Below, one piece after another: positions 12,010 through 24,670 of a DNA stretch of 64,000 nt (positions within the stretch are counted from its first letter, which is position 1; each line of letters starts with the position of its first letter). Source of the DNA: the human T2T-CHM13v2.0 reference genome, Homo sapiens. A model generated the notes under the pieces. The model was given only the letters and a program-made list of their open reading frames with translations. It did not search any database and was not told the origin of the DNA. Position numbers and translations under genes: made by a program. The DNA is taken from assembly GCF_009914755.1 (NCBI RefSeq), contig NC_060943.1, one strand, 5' to 3'.

Positions 12010-14230
12010 TGTCTCAACATTTATTTTAGATTCAGAGGGTGCATGTGCAGGTTTGTTCCCTGGGTATATTGTGTGATGCTGAGGTTTGGGGTACAAATGG
12101 TGCTCTCATCCAGGTATTGTGCATAGCACTGAACATTTCGTTTTTCATTTCTTGCCTGCTTTCTTCCCTCCCCCTTTAGTAGTTCCTAGCTTCTCCTGTT
12201 GCCATTTTTTAAAAAAAATTATTTATTTATTTATTTATTTATTGATCATTCTTGGGTGTTTCTCGCAGAGGGGGATTTGGCAGGGCCATAGGACAACAGT
12301 GGAGGGAAGGTCAGCAGATAAATAAGTGAACAAAGGTCTCTGGTTTTCTTAGGCAGAGGACCCTGCGGCCTTCCGCAGTGTTTGTGTCCCTGGGTACTTG
12401 AGATTAGGGAGTGGTGATGACTCTTAAAGAGCATGCTGACTTCAAGCATCTGTTTAACAAAGCACATCTTGCACCGCCCTTAATCCATTCAATCCTGAGT
12501 GGACACAGCACATGTTTCAGAGAGCACAGGGTTGGGGGTAAGGTCATAGATCAACAGCATCCCAAGGCAGAAGAACTTTTCTTAGTACAGAATAAAATGA
12601 AGTCTCCCATGTCTACTTCTTTCTACACAGACACAGCAACAACCTGATTTCTCTATCTTTTCCCCACCTTTCCCCCTTTTCTACTCCACAAAACCGCCAT
12701 CGTCATCATGGCCTGTTCTCAATGAGCTGTTGGGTACACCTCCCAGACGGGGTGGTGGCCGGGCAGAGGGGCTCCTCACTTCCCAGAAGGGGCGGCCAGG
12801 CAGAGGCGCCCCCCACCTCCCGGACGGGGCGGCTGGCCGGGCGGGGGCTGACCCCCCACCTCCCTCCCGGACGGGGCGGCTGGCCGGGCAGGGGCTGACC
12901 CCCCACCTCCCTCCCGGATGGGGCGGCTGGCCGCGCGGGGGGCTGACTCCCCCACCTCCCTCCCGGACGGGGCAGCTGGCCGGGCGGGGGCTGACCCCCC
13001 ACCTCCCTTGCGGACGGGGCGGCTGGCCGGGCGGGGGCTGCCCCCCACCTCCCTCCCGGACGGGGTGGCTGCCGGGCGGAGACGCTCCTCACTTCCCAGA
13101 CGGGGCGGCTGCCGGGTGGAGGGGCTCCTCACTTCTCAGACGGGGCGGCTGCCAGGCAGAGGGTCTCCTCACTTCTCAGATGGGGCGGCTGCTGGGCGGA
13201 GGGGCTCCTCACTTCTCAGACGGGGCGGCTGCCAGGCGGAGGGGCTCCTTACTTCTCAGACGGGGCGGCTGCCGGGCGGAGGGGCTCCTCACTTCTCAGA
13301 CAGGGTGGCCGGGCAGAGACGCTCCTCACCTCCCAGACGGGGTCGCAGCCGGGCAGAGGCACTCCTCACATCCCAGATGGGGCGGCGGGGCAGAGGCGCT
13401 CCCCACATCTCAGACGATGGGCGGCAGGGCAGAGATGCTTCTCACTTCCTAGATGGGATGGCGGCCAGGAAGAGGCGCTCCTCACTTCCCAGACTGGGCA
13501 GCCAGGCAGAGGGGCTCCTCACATCCTAGACGATGGGCGGCCAGGCAGAGACGCTCCTCACTTCCCAGACGGGGTGGCGGCCGGGCAGAGGCTGCAATCT
13601 CGGCACTTTGGGAGGCCAAGGCAGGCGGCTGGGAGGTGGAGGTTGTAGCAAGCCGAGATCACCATTGAGCACTGAGTGAACGAGACTCCGTCTGCAATCC
13701 TGGCACCTCGGGAGGCCGAGGCTGGCGGATCACTCGCGGCTAGGAGCTGGAGACCAGCCCGGCCAACACAGAGAAACCCCGTCTCCACCAAAAAAATACG
13801 AAAACCAGTCAGGCGTGGTGGCGCGCGCCTGCAATCGCAGGCACTTGGCAGGCTGAGGCAGGAGAATCAGGCAGGGAGGTTGCAGTGAGCCGAGATGGCA
13901 GCAGTACAGTCCAGCTTCGGCTGGGCATCAGAGGGAGACCGTGGAAAGAGAGGGAGAGGGAGACCGTGGGGAGGTGGAGAGGCAGAGGGGGTGTTGCCAT
14001 TTTTTATGTCATTGAATACCCTATGTTTAGCTCCCTCTTATCAGGTTATGGTTTTTAGATTTTTCTTCCGGTGTTAATTTGCTTAGGATAATGGTCTCCA
14101 GCTGTGAACATATTGCTGCAAAGGAATGATTTTTTTTTCTTTTTTAATGGGTGCCTAGTATTCCATGGTGTGTAGGTAGGGATTCCTTATCTAATCTACT
14201 CTTGATGGACACCTAGATTGATTTAATGAC
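12010..14230 (-). mobile_element. Old L1P(A/B) 3' end interrupted by the SVA
   Basis: ttttagattcagagggtgcatgtgcagg... resumes after 14006; uninterrupted paralog at ~19525-19945. Confidence 0.75.
12212..13991 (-). mobile_element. Near full-length SVA retrotransposon
   Basis: (TTTA)n tail, SINE-R (~12243-12740), GC-rich VNTR, Alu-like region, short degenerate CCCTCT hexamer end; 15-bp TSD TGTTGCCATTTTTTA at 12197-12211 / 13992-14006. Confidence 0.97.
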
Positions 14231-14794
14231 TCTTAGACATATGAACACAACTCAGCCTCCTATACACAGGAGAAATGAAATTTGAGGTCCAGGGACAGCA
14301 AATGTTAAAATACAACCTCAGCCTCAAATGTCCCCAAATACACATGTTTGATCACATAATGTGTGGGAGCAACTGAGGTGATAGCACCATCCCCTACTTT
14401 TCTTGGAAACATAAACATTGGTACACACCTTGTGGAGTAAAATTTCTAAATGCATGTCAAAATTTAAAATATATTTCTCTTTGCCTCCCAAACTTCACTG
14501 GGAAGAATTTATTACATTTGCAGTAATGAAAAATGACACCTAATCATAGTTATTCACTGTAGTGATGGTTTCACAGCAAAATATTGAGAAGAACCTAGAT
14601 TTTACACCAGTATAATGCTAATTAAACAGGTTATTTTATATCTACACAATGGAATATGATACGGCTGTATAAAAAGTAGAAAATCTTTTGGCTATTCATA
14701 TGGAAACACCTCCATGTTCTGTTCTGATTGTAGCATATAAACAACCTAAAATGTGATGCATTTTTTGAACTAGATCTTATCTTAAAATGTTATC

Positions 14795-15470
<676 letters not shown>

Positions 15471-16871
15471 TCATCAGGGGATTTTTAACCTTTCCATTTC
15501 TCTACTGTGGGTCCATGCCAATGTCCAGATGTATTTATTTGTCTAGAATTGGATGTTCTTGTAAAAAGAGCGGTCGAAGGAATGGCCTCCTAGCTGATTT
15601 CCAGGATTCTAATCTTCATGGTCTAAGCTGTAGGTTTCCAAACATGGATACTGGTTAGAGTCACCATAAGGCATCTAAAACCTACCCATGCATGTGACTT
15701 CCCCTAAGAATGTCTGATTTGATTGGTGTGTGGTATGTCCTGGGCACTGGTTTTTAAAAAATGCTTCCAAGAAAAATGGTAATTTTGCAGTGGAGCAATC
15801 TTAGCCCAGTGCTCAAAATTAACATCCCCAGTAATCAGTGACATGGACATCTTAGGGCATCCTAATATGATGGATGAATAACGCGCAGCATCACCTCTGT
15901 GGTATTCTTGCCCAAAGTGCATAACCTGAGTTTAATTATGAGAAAAAATTAGAAAAGCCTAAACTGAGGGTTATTCTACAAAATAACTCGCCAATACTCT
16001 TCAAAAATGTTAAGGTCATGAACTCTAAAGAAATTTTCGGCACTATCCCAGATTAAAGGAGACTGAGAGGACAGAACAAAGAGATGCAATTTGTGATCCT
16101 AAATTGGATCATGGTCCAGAAAAAGGACATCAGTGGGAAGATAGGGAAGATTTGAATAAGGTCTATAGATTCATTAATTGTGCAGTGTCAGAGATCATTT
16201 ATTATTTTGATGATTGGGTAGATATCTATAATGTTAATATTTGGGGAAGTTGAATGAAAAGCATTTGAGGACTCTGACTATTTTTGGGATATTTTTGAAA
16301 GTTTGAATGTATTTCAAAATAGAAAAAGGAAAAAAAGGAGAAGAAATCTTCCAGATATTTTCATCAAGTTGCCAGAGTTTAAGACCATTTCCCAAGTTAT
16401 CTTGCCTAATTGTCAGAATAATCTTCCTGGGAATGTTGTTTATCATATTTGTGTCCTTTTCAAAGATTTCCAGTGACTTCTCTTATCTACAGGATGAAGT
16501 TCCCATTCCTTATCCTGCCATTCAAAGCCCTCATAGAATGGCCCCTTGATCAATCTACTTCTTTGATCTGCATTGAAGGACCACATTTTACTTTATCATG
16601 TCTAAACATTTTCCAATTCTTTTCCTTGTTAATATAGCACCCTTGCCTGTCTTCTCAGTCTCTTGAGTTGTTCTTTGTCCCAAGGCCCACTTCAGACTCT
16701 GTCTCTTCATTGAATCCTGTATGGTCATTTCTATTAGAAGCAGCTAACTTTCCACACTTTGAATTCTGGTAGATATAATGGTGTGGAGTGAAACGTGAGT
16801 TTTATTTTATTATTATTATATTTTAGAAAAAAAGCCAATTTAGTATGCTTATTAAAAGTTTTCCTTTTTTA

Positions 16872-17173
16872 GGGCAGGCATGATGGCTCACGCCTGTAAT
16901 CCCAGCACTTTGGGAGGCCGAGGTGGGTGGATGACTTGAGGTCAGGTGTTTGAGACAAGCCTAGCCCACATGGTGGTACCCTGCCTCCACAAAAAAGTAT
17001 AAAAATTAGCTGGGCATGGTGGTCCACACCTGTAATCCTAGCTACTCTGGAGGCTGAGGTAGGAGAATTGCTTGAACCCGGAAGACAGAGGTTGTAGGGA
17101 GCCAAGATCGTGCCACTACACTTCAGCCTGGGTGACACAGTGGGTGAGACTCCATCTCACAAAAAAAAAAAAA
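16872..17173 (+). mobile_element. AluS-like
   Basis: Alu dimer with A tail; imperfect aaaag.tttccttt TSD. Confidence 0.9.
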
Positions 17174-17264
17174 GGAAAAAAGGTTTCCTTTGTAAAAAAA
17201 ATTTTTAAATTTTAATTGGAGAAGGATTAGAGATTAAATTGATGTTTGAATTTCATAGGGATTA

Positions 17265-18240
17265 AAAAAATTTTTATTTTAGGTTCAGGGTCACATGTGC
17301 AGGTTTGTTATGTAGGTAAACCCATGTCACAGGGATTTGATATACAGATTATTTCATCACTCAGGTACTAAGCCTAGTAACCAATAGTAATTTTTTTCTG
17401 CTCCTCTCCCTCCTTTCACCCTCCACCCTCTGGTAGCCTCCAGTGTCTGTTGTTTCCCTTTGTGTTCATGTATTCTCATCATTTAGCTCAGACATATAAG
17501 TGAGCATGTACTATTCGGCTTCTTTTCCCACATTAGTTTGCTAAGGTTAATATCCTGTAGCTCTATCCATGTTCCTGCAAAGGACATGATCTTATTCTTT
17601 TTTATGGCTGCATAGTATTCCATGGTGTATATGTACCACATATAAAAGTACAGTCTTTCATTGTTGGGCATTTAGGTTGATTCCATACCTTTTCTATTGT
17701 GAATAGTGTTGCAGTGAACATTTGTGTGCATGTGTCTTTATGGTAGAATAATTTATATTCCTCTGGGTATATACCAAGTAATGAGATTGCTGGGTCAAAT
17801 GGTAGTTCTGTTTTTAACTATTTGAAGAATTGCCACACTGCTTCCCACAGTGGTTGAACTAGTTGAAATTCCCACCAACAGTGTATAAACGTTCCCTTTT
17901 CTCCACAACCTTGACAGCATGTTATCTTTTGCATTTTTTATAATAGACATTCTGACTGGTGTGAGATTGTATCTCATTGTGGTTTTGATGTGCATTTCTC
18001 TACTGATCAGTGATATTGGGCTTTTTTTCATATGCTGTTGGCCACATGTGTGTCTTTTTTGAGAAGTGTCTGTTCATATCTTTTGTCTACTTTCTACTGG
18101 TTGTTTTATTCTTTTTAATTTGTGTAAGTTCCTCATAGCTGATAGATATTAGACCTTTATCAGATGCAGTTTGCAAATAGTTTCTCCCATTCTGTACATT
18201 GTTTATTCTGTTGATAGTTTCTTTTGCTAAAAGCAGAAGT
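17265..18240 (-). mobile_element. Older L1PA/PB 3' fragment
   Basis: ORFs 17483-17671 and 17795-18031 are L1 ORF2/3'UTR-like. Confidence 0.85.
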
Positions 18241-18758
18241 TTTAGATTCAGAAATAAGTGAGTCTGAGTTTTGTTTCCAATTTTTATCAGGTCTGATATA
18301 AGGGACAATTTATTGATGTCTTTGGATAGAAGGATAATAGTGCCTACTGAAAGGGTCATTGTGAACATTGGATGAGGTGCAAACATAAAGGTTCCCAGCA
18401 CATAGTAGCTTCCTTCCTCATCATTTTTGTAGCCCAGTGGTCCCCAAATGTGTTGTGGGTGCTGTGAAGACTCTTATCAAATTTTTTTTGTAGAGCTTTT
18501 AAAAAATATTTGTACCTGGCCATCACTAAGATGACCTTGAACTGAACTGAGTGCTTAGGGCTTTAAGGAGTTCAATTGAGATTTGTTTTTCCAAGAACAC
18601 AACAAACTAAATAAGTGATCTATGGACAGGAATGTAACCCAATGGAGGAAAAAGGGAAGGTCAATGGGATTCTAAATGAGAGATAGCTGTGATGCTTTCT
18701 GCACCCATTCCTTTGCTCTCAGTCAGACAGCGTTAAGGAAGTACAACTTTTAAAATTA

Positions 18759-19375
18759 TGTAAGAGAAGACAAAAATCTCAGGACTTTCAAACTCATTAC
18801 ACCAAAGGGATAGTTCAGCCTGGAGACTGAGTCATGCAATGCTACCATCTTTTTACCCAGTGAACAACTGTTAATTTACAATCTTGTGTGAAAGCAGTGT
18901 TCAATAGCCAGACCCCTACAAGAAGACCTCAGGCATCTCTGGATGACTGTCCTCAAATTGTCCTTTGGTGACCTTGAAGCCTTTCAAGATGTATATCCAT
19001 CCATAAAACAAAGACACATCAATTGTAACTTTAGGTGTGCAATCTAAGTCCAGCTTCTAAAATGAAAGCCTGTTAGATTTCACACTGATAATGCTTATCT
19101 TTCTAAGTACAGAAGAAAGACAAGATGAGACCAATTATTCTTTACTATACTTGTCCCTTCCTACCTGCCTTGCCCCCTTTAAGGAGATGTATAAATACCA
19201 GGCCTCCTAAAAACCTTTTTCAGAGAGAACTTAAGACATGGAGGGTTTCTATGATTTGTGTTTTTCCAGGGTGTGCCCTCAAGCTCTGGCTTAAGAAACC
19301 TCAATTGATTCAGACACTTGCCTCAGTCACTCATTATGGTTAACATTCTGGTGACCATTAAGGGATACTCTGAGT
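18759..19375 (+). mobile_element. MER4-family ERV1 LTR followed by PBS-like remnant
   Basis: tgtaagagaagacaaaaatctcaggac...ggttaaca (ends ~19344), then ttctggtgacca. Confidence 0.7.
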
Positions 19376-19524
19376 GGAGTTTTGCTCCCATGTTTTGTGT
19401 TATCAAAAATGTGGATATGGGGACATTTGAGGCCACAGAATTTTACTTTAACATTTGCTGTCCCAGGACATCAACTTCCGTTTCTCTTCTGTATAGGAGG
19501 GTGTTTTGTTCACAAGTCTCAGAG

Positions 19525-21720
19525 CTATTAAATCAACCCAGCTGTCCATCAACAGTGGATTAGATGATGAAATCCATACCTATGCTCCATGGAATACTAG
19601 GCAGCCATAAAAAAAGAAAAAAAATCATTTCCTTCCCAGTACTATGTTTGCAGCTGGAGGCCATTATCCTAAGCAAATAACAAAGGAAGAGAAAACCATA
19701 AACCATAACCTAGTAAGTGAGAACAAATATTGGATATTGAGGGACATAAAAATGGCAAAAAGAGAAGCTAGGAACTACTAGAGGGGAGAAGCAAGGAAGG
19801 GAGTAAGAAATGAAAAACTAAGTGTTGAGTGCTATGCGCAATATCTGGGTGAGAGGATTATTCATACCCCTAACCTCAGCATTATGCAGTATACCCAGGG
19901 GATAGGTGTGCACATGTAACCTCTGAATCTAAAATAAAAGTTGAAGAATAAAGAGAAAAGTTTTACAAGTTTACAGTCTCAAGAACTTTGTAATCAATGC
20001 TGTGAAACTACTTATATTTATTCAAAAGATCTACTTGGATGGAATTGATATCTTTAGAATACTTATTTTTTCGGATCCATGAGTATGGTATATTTCTCTA
20101 TTTAGGCCTTCTTTAATGTCTGTTGATTGTTATAATTTTGTCTGAAGAGATTGCAGTGATTTTGGTCTTTGGTTGGATTGAGTCCTAAATATTTTATATT
20201 TTCTGACACTATTGTATTCCCTTTACACTATCTAGCTGCCTGTTTTTTCTATACAGAAATTAATATATTTTAGTCTATTCTTATAGTACTCAGCTCCCTA
20301 AACTCTCTTATTTCTACTTTTTTATTAGTCTTTAGGATTTTTCTATATAAACAATGCTATTCTCTGAAAATAATGACAGTTTTATTTCTACTTTTCCGAC
20401 CTTTGTACCTCTTATTTGTCATTTATTTCTTACTGCTTTTGGGTAGGAACTCCAATACAGTGTTAAATAAAAGTTATCACTGAAAAAAATGAGAATGAAC
20501 ATTTTTTTCTGTGAACTATTATATATTTACCCTCTTTTCTGCTACATTTTGGTTATATTAATTTTATGTGTTCTTTATATATGAGCTTATTATCTGTTTA
20601 TTATAATTGCAAGATATTATTTGCTTTTCTTACAGAGAATTTTTCCACATGAACACTCTTTTTGAAAGGTTCAGGTATATCAATATTTCTTTCTTGGCTA
20701 CACAATGAGAAAGTCTTTCTTCACCTTGGGGTGGTTTAGTGGCTTTGATTTGGCTTCAATTTTTATCCATTTGGAACATGTCCAGTAATATGTTGTCCTG
20801 TTCAAGATGGTTACCAGTTATCCATCTAACACTGTGAATGTCCATGTTGTTCACAATAAGTCACTTAAAAGACTTTGTCAGTACTCTAGCAAAAATTCAT
20901 AATCTCTACAAGAATATGCATTTGAACCACACAATCAACAGGCAGCAAGAATAGCACACTACGTCCATATGCCCTGCACCATAGATGTTCTCTTCAAGTC
21001 CACATGGAACATTTATGAAGACTGAACTAAGTCATATATTAGCAAATATTAATATTAATATAAATATTAATAGCATTGAATCATTTTTACCCAATCACCT
21101 ATTTAGTATACTGTGCAATGTGGGTACTATTCTCTAAAACATGAATTTTAAATATTAGGCATTTGGAGATTTTAAAAGCACATGTCAATCAAGACACAGT
21201 GATGAACATTCAAATACTTGGTACTTGACTGACAGTTCATTTGCCAAAACTCGTAAGATGCAGCCACAGTGGAGCCCCAGGGAATTCATGACCCAAAAGG
21301 CTTATACTAGAAAAGATTGATTAAAGATGAGTTAATCCTCACCTTAAGAAGGGAGAGAAAAACAAAGCAAGGAGAATAAAACTTATAAGAAACCTAAAAG
21401 TAGAAAACAATAAGCTAGAAGACAAATTAAAAAAAAACAAGAACATGAATAGACCCAAAAATAATGTTGTTGAAAAAGATAAGTTATTTAAACTTCTGGA
21501 CTAATTCATTAACAAAACAATAAAGAAAGAAAAAAGAAACAGATTTAGCAGTGAGAGAGAGTGGATGTAATCTCATCTGCGGCAGAAGTTGAAAGTTTCT
21601 TTTCAAAATTTCACAACACTAAGTTAATTGATAATTTAAACAAAATTGACAAGTTCCTAGAAAATTAGGTATAATAAAAAGTAGCACAGGAATAAATGGA
21701 AATTCTGACCTGTCCTATAA
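19525..21720. mobile_element. L1 fragments, inverted paralogs of 10401-14230
   Basis: Reverse-complement similarity across several blocks. Confidence 0.7.
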
Positions 21721-21735
21721 CTATGTTTAAAAAAA

Positions 21736-22027
21736 TTTCTTTTGTGTGTGTGACAGGGCCTCATTCCTGTTTCTCCAGTTGGAGTGTAGTGGTGCAATCA
21801 TGGATCACTGCAACCTCAACCTCCCAGGCTCAAGTGATCCTACCACCTCAGCCTCATAAGGAGCTGGGACCACAGGTGCATGCCACCATGGCTGGCTATT
21901 TTTTTCTATTTTTAGTAGAGACAGGGATTCATCATACTGCCCAGGCTTGTCTGGACCTCTTAGGCTCAAGTTCTTCCTTGGCCTTTGAAAGTCCTGAGAT
22001 TACAGGTGTGAGCCACCATACCCGGCC
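21736..22027 (-). mobile_element. AluJ-like
   Basis: Diverged Alu dimer. Confidence 0.85.
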
Positions 22028-22193
22028 CCAATCTTGAAATTTTACTTAATATTTTAAATATTCACAAACATACACAAACACACATACATACATGTGGATA
22101 CTCAGAAAAAGCAGATGACTTTGGGATGATGATGAATATTTCTACAGTGGAAAAAAATAAATCTACATCTGTAATTCACACCACATGCTAATC

Positions 22194-22488
22194 TTTTTTT
22201 TTTTTGAGATGGAGTCTTGCTCTGTCACCCAGTCTGGAGTGCAGTGGTGTGATCTCGGCTCACTGCAAGCTCTGCCTCCCAGGTTCACACCATTCTCCTG
22301 CCTCAGCCTCCTGAGTAGCTGGGACTACAGGTGCCCGCTACCATGCCCAGCTACTGTTTTTTGTATTTTTAGCAGAGACAGGGTTTCACTGTATTAGCCA
22401 GGATGGTCTCGATCTCCTGACCTCGTGATTCACCCGCCTCGGCCTCCCAAAGTGCTGGGATTACAGGCATGAGCCGCCGTGCCCAGCC
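22194..22488 (-). mobile_element. AluY/Sc-like
   Basis: Alu dimer with TAATCTTTT flanking repeat. Confidence 0.9.
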
Positions 22489-23964
22489 GATAATCTTTTC
22501 ACAATAAAATTATTGAGAATATTCTTCAAAAGGCTCCTAATTTTCTTCGTTTCTTCTACATACACAAGACATACAGAGACAGATCTGTGTATCTACTATA
22601 CAACAAAGAAGCCATAGCCAAGGTACATATGAAAATCCAACAGAAACAGTAAGAGGAAGATTGATAACACAATGTTTTTAAATGGCGGAAAACTCTTAAG
22701 AGGCACCAGATGGTAGAACATGTGTAATGGCCTGTGAGTACATGAAAAGATGCATTTGCACTATTGTTTACTTAGGAAAAGCATATTAAAACCATTTTGA
22801 AATCTCATCCCAACCACAGAAGAAAGGCTAAAATTCAATGGGCTGACAATCCCAAGAGTTGGAACAACTCTACAGAGAGATGTTGCTGGTGGGAATTTAG
22901 ATGTGTTCAGCTCTCTAACAAGAGAATCTATAATTTGTAGCTATCTTAGAAGATGTCCCAGCATATACAATGGTCTCTACACCCAAGGAAATAAATGAGA
23001 CCACCAAAATACATGTGTAGATATGTCCACATTAACATGATTCAGAAGACACAAATAGTGTTGCAGTTTGAATGTGTAACACTACAGGGGATAAAACTGT
23101 GGTGCATTCAAACTAACGGATATTTACAACATGAAAAATAAATGGATTCCTGCTGCATAAATCATGGATGATCTCACACAAAGAGTTGCAAGAGAAGAGC
23201 CAGTGCAGAGGGGAAAATGAAGACTGATTCCACCTCTATAAAGTTCCCAAGAGGCAAAACCTATCTGTAGTGCTAGAGATCAGAATGGAGGTAACCTGGC
23301 ACTTGGAATGGCTAGGTTTGGGGAGGGGAGGTCATGAAGCCTGTCACCTGGACACTCTGTGTGAGTACACGGGCAACACCCATTACATCTCCACACACAG
23401 CTCTGGTCATCAGGCATTTTTAGGGGGACTCTAGCAAGGGATTAGGAATCATGCATGAGAATCATCTACAGAGAGAAACATAGAGTTGGAGGAGCTGGTT
23501 GCTAACGCAGAGCAGGGTCCCTGTTGTTCACAGGTCTAGCCTAGTCTTAAGTTCCCAGCCCCACTCCCACTCCTGCCATGATCCAGGAACCTCTGAAAAG
23601 CAGCTTTTTCCAAGGACCTCCTCCTTGGTAACACATCAAGGTTTCTCACTGTCAAGCTGTCCAGAAAGAAAAGCAACTTGGATAGTGCCCATAACATCTG
23701 CGCCCTGGGGCTCAGGGCTCAGCAGAAATGGCAGAGGGCAGTGAGAGGAGACATGGTGAATGGGGTAGGGACCTAGGGACAGCTGCCTGGAACAGGAGCA
23801 GGTGGGGCCACAGGAGAAGGTGGCACAGGAAGGAATGGGCAGGAGAGGAGAGGAGAGGAGGAGACAGGCTCTGTGGGGCTATAGCCCAGTGTGAGCCTTT
23901 GTGAGGCTATCTCAGCAGGGAAGGCCAGGTGGTGTGAACAGGAGGAGAAGCAACTCCCACCTCC

Positions 23965-24670
23965 CCTGCTAGGAACTGAATGTGTACACTCCCAAATTTT
24001 GAAGGTTTCATTTTTAATGTGAAGGTGGTGGAGGTGGTGCCAGGCATGGTGGCTCACGCCTGTAATCCCAGCACTTTGGGAGGTCGAGGCAGGCAGATCA
24101 CCTGAGGTCAGGAGTTCAAGACCAGCCTGGCCAACATGGCAAAACCCCATCTCTACTAAAAATACAAAAATTAGCTGAGTGTGGTGGCGGGTGCCTGTAA
24201 TTCCAGCTACTTGGGAGGCTGAGGCAGGAGAAATGCTTGAACCTGGGAGGCTGATGTTGCAGTGAGCCGAGATTACGCTACTACGCTCCAGCCTGGGTGA
24301 CACAGTGAGATTCCATCTCAAAAAAAAAAAAAAAATTTGGAGGTGGGGCCTTTGGGAGATAATTAGAATAAGAGTCAGTCATAAAGGTAGGAGCTTCATG
24401 ATGGAATTAATGCCCCTATAAAAAGTGGAAGACACAGGAAAATGATCTCTCTCTCTCCTTTTTTCTGTCCCTCCACCCCCTCCCAACCCTCCACCATGTG
24501 CAGATACAGCAAGAAAGCAGCATCTGCAAGAAAGCCCTCACCAGGACCAAATCAGCTGACACCTCAACCTTGGACTACCCAGCTTCCCGAACTGTGAGGT
24601 ATAGATTTTTATTGTTTAAGTCACCAAGGCTACGGTGTTTTTAATAGCAGCCCAAGCCCAGGAATACATC
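23965..24670 (+). mobile_element. MLT1 (MaLR) LTR interrupted by AluSx-like element (~24038-24335)
   Basis: tgctaggaactgaatgtgt...ggaggtggggcctttgggagataattag...tagcagcccaag; Alu flanked by ggaggtgg repeats. Confidence 0.8.

Noticed and set aside
12740-13600. Regular repeat array superficially like CRISPR
   Set aside because: SVA VNTR units with no unique spacers; primate DNA.
12706-13888. Long GC-rich ORFs (up to 240 aa) with repeated motifs
   Set aside because: They are translations of the SVA VNTR and Alu-like region, not genes.
23773-24321. 182-aa ORF and other Alu-derived ORFs
   Set aside because: Antisense Alu translations.
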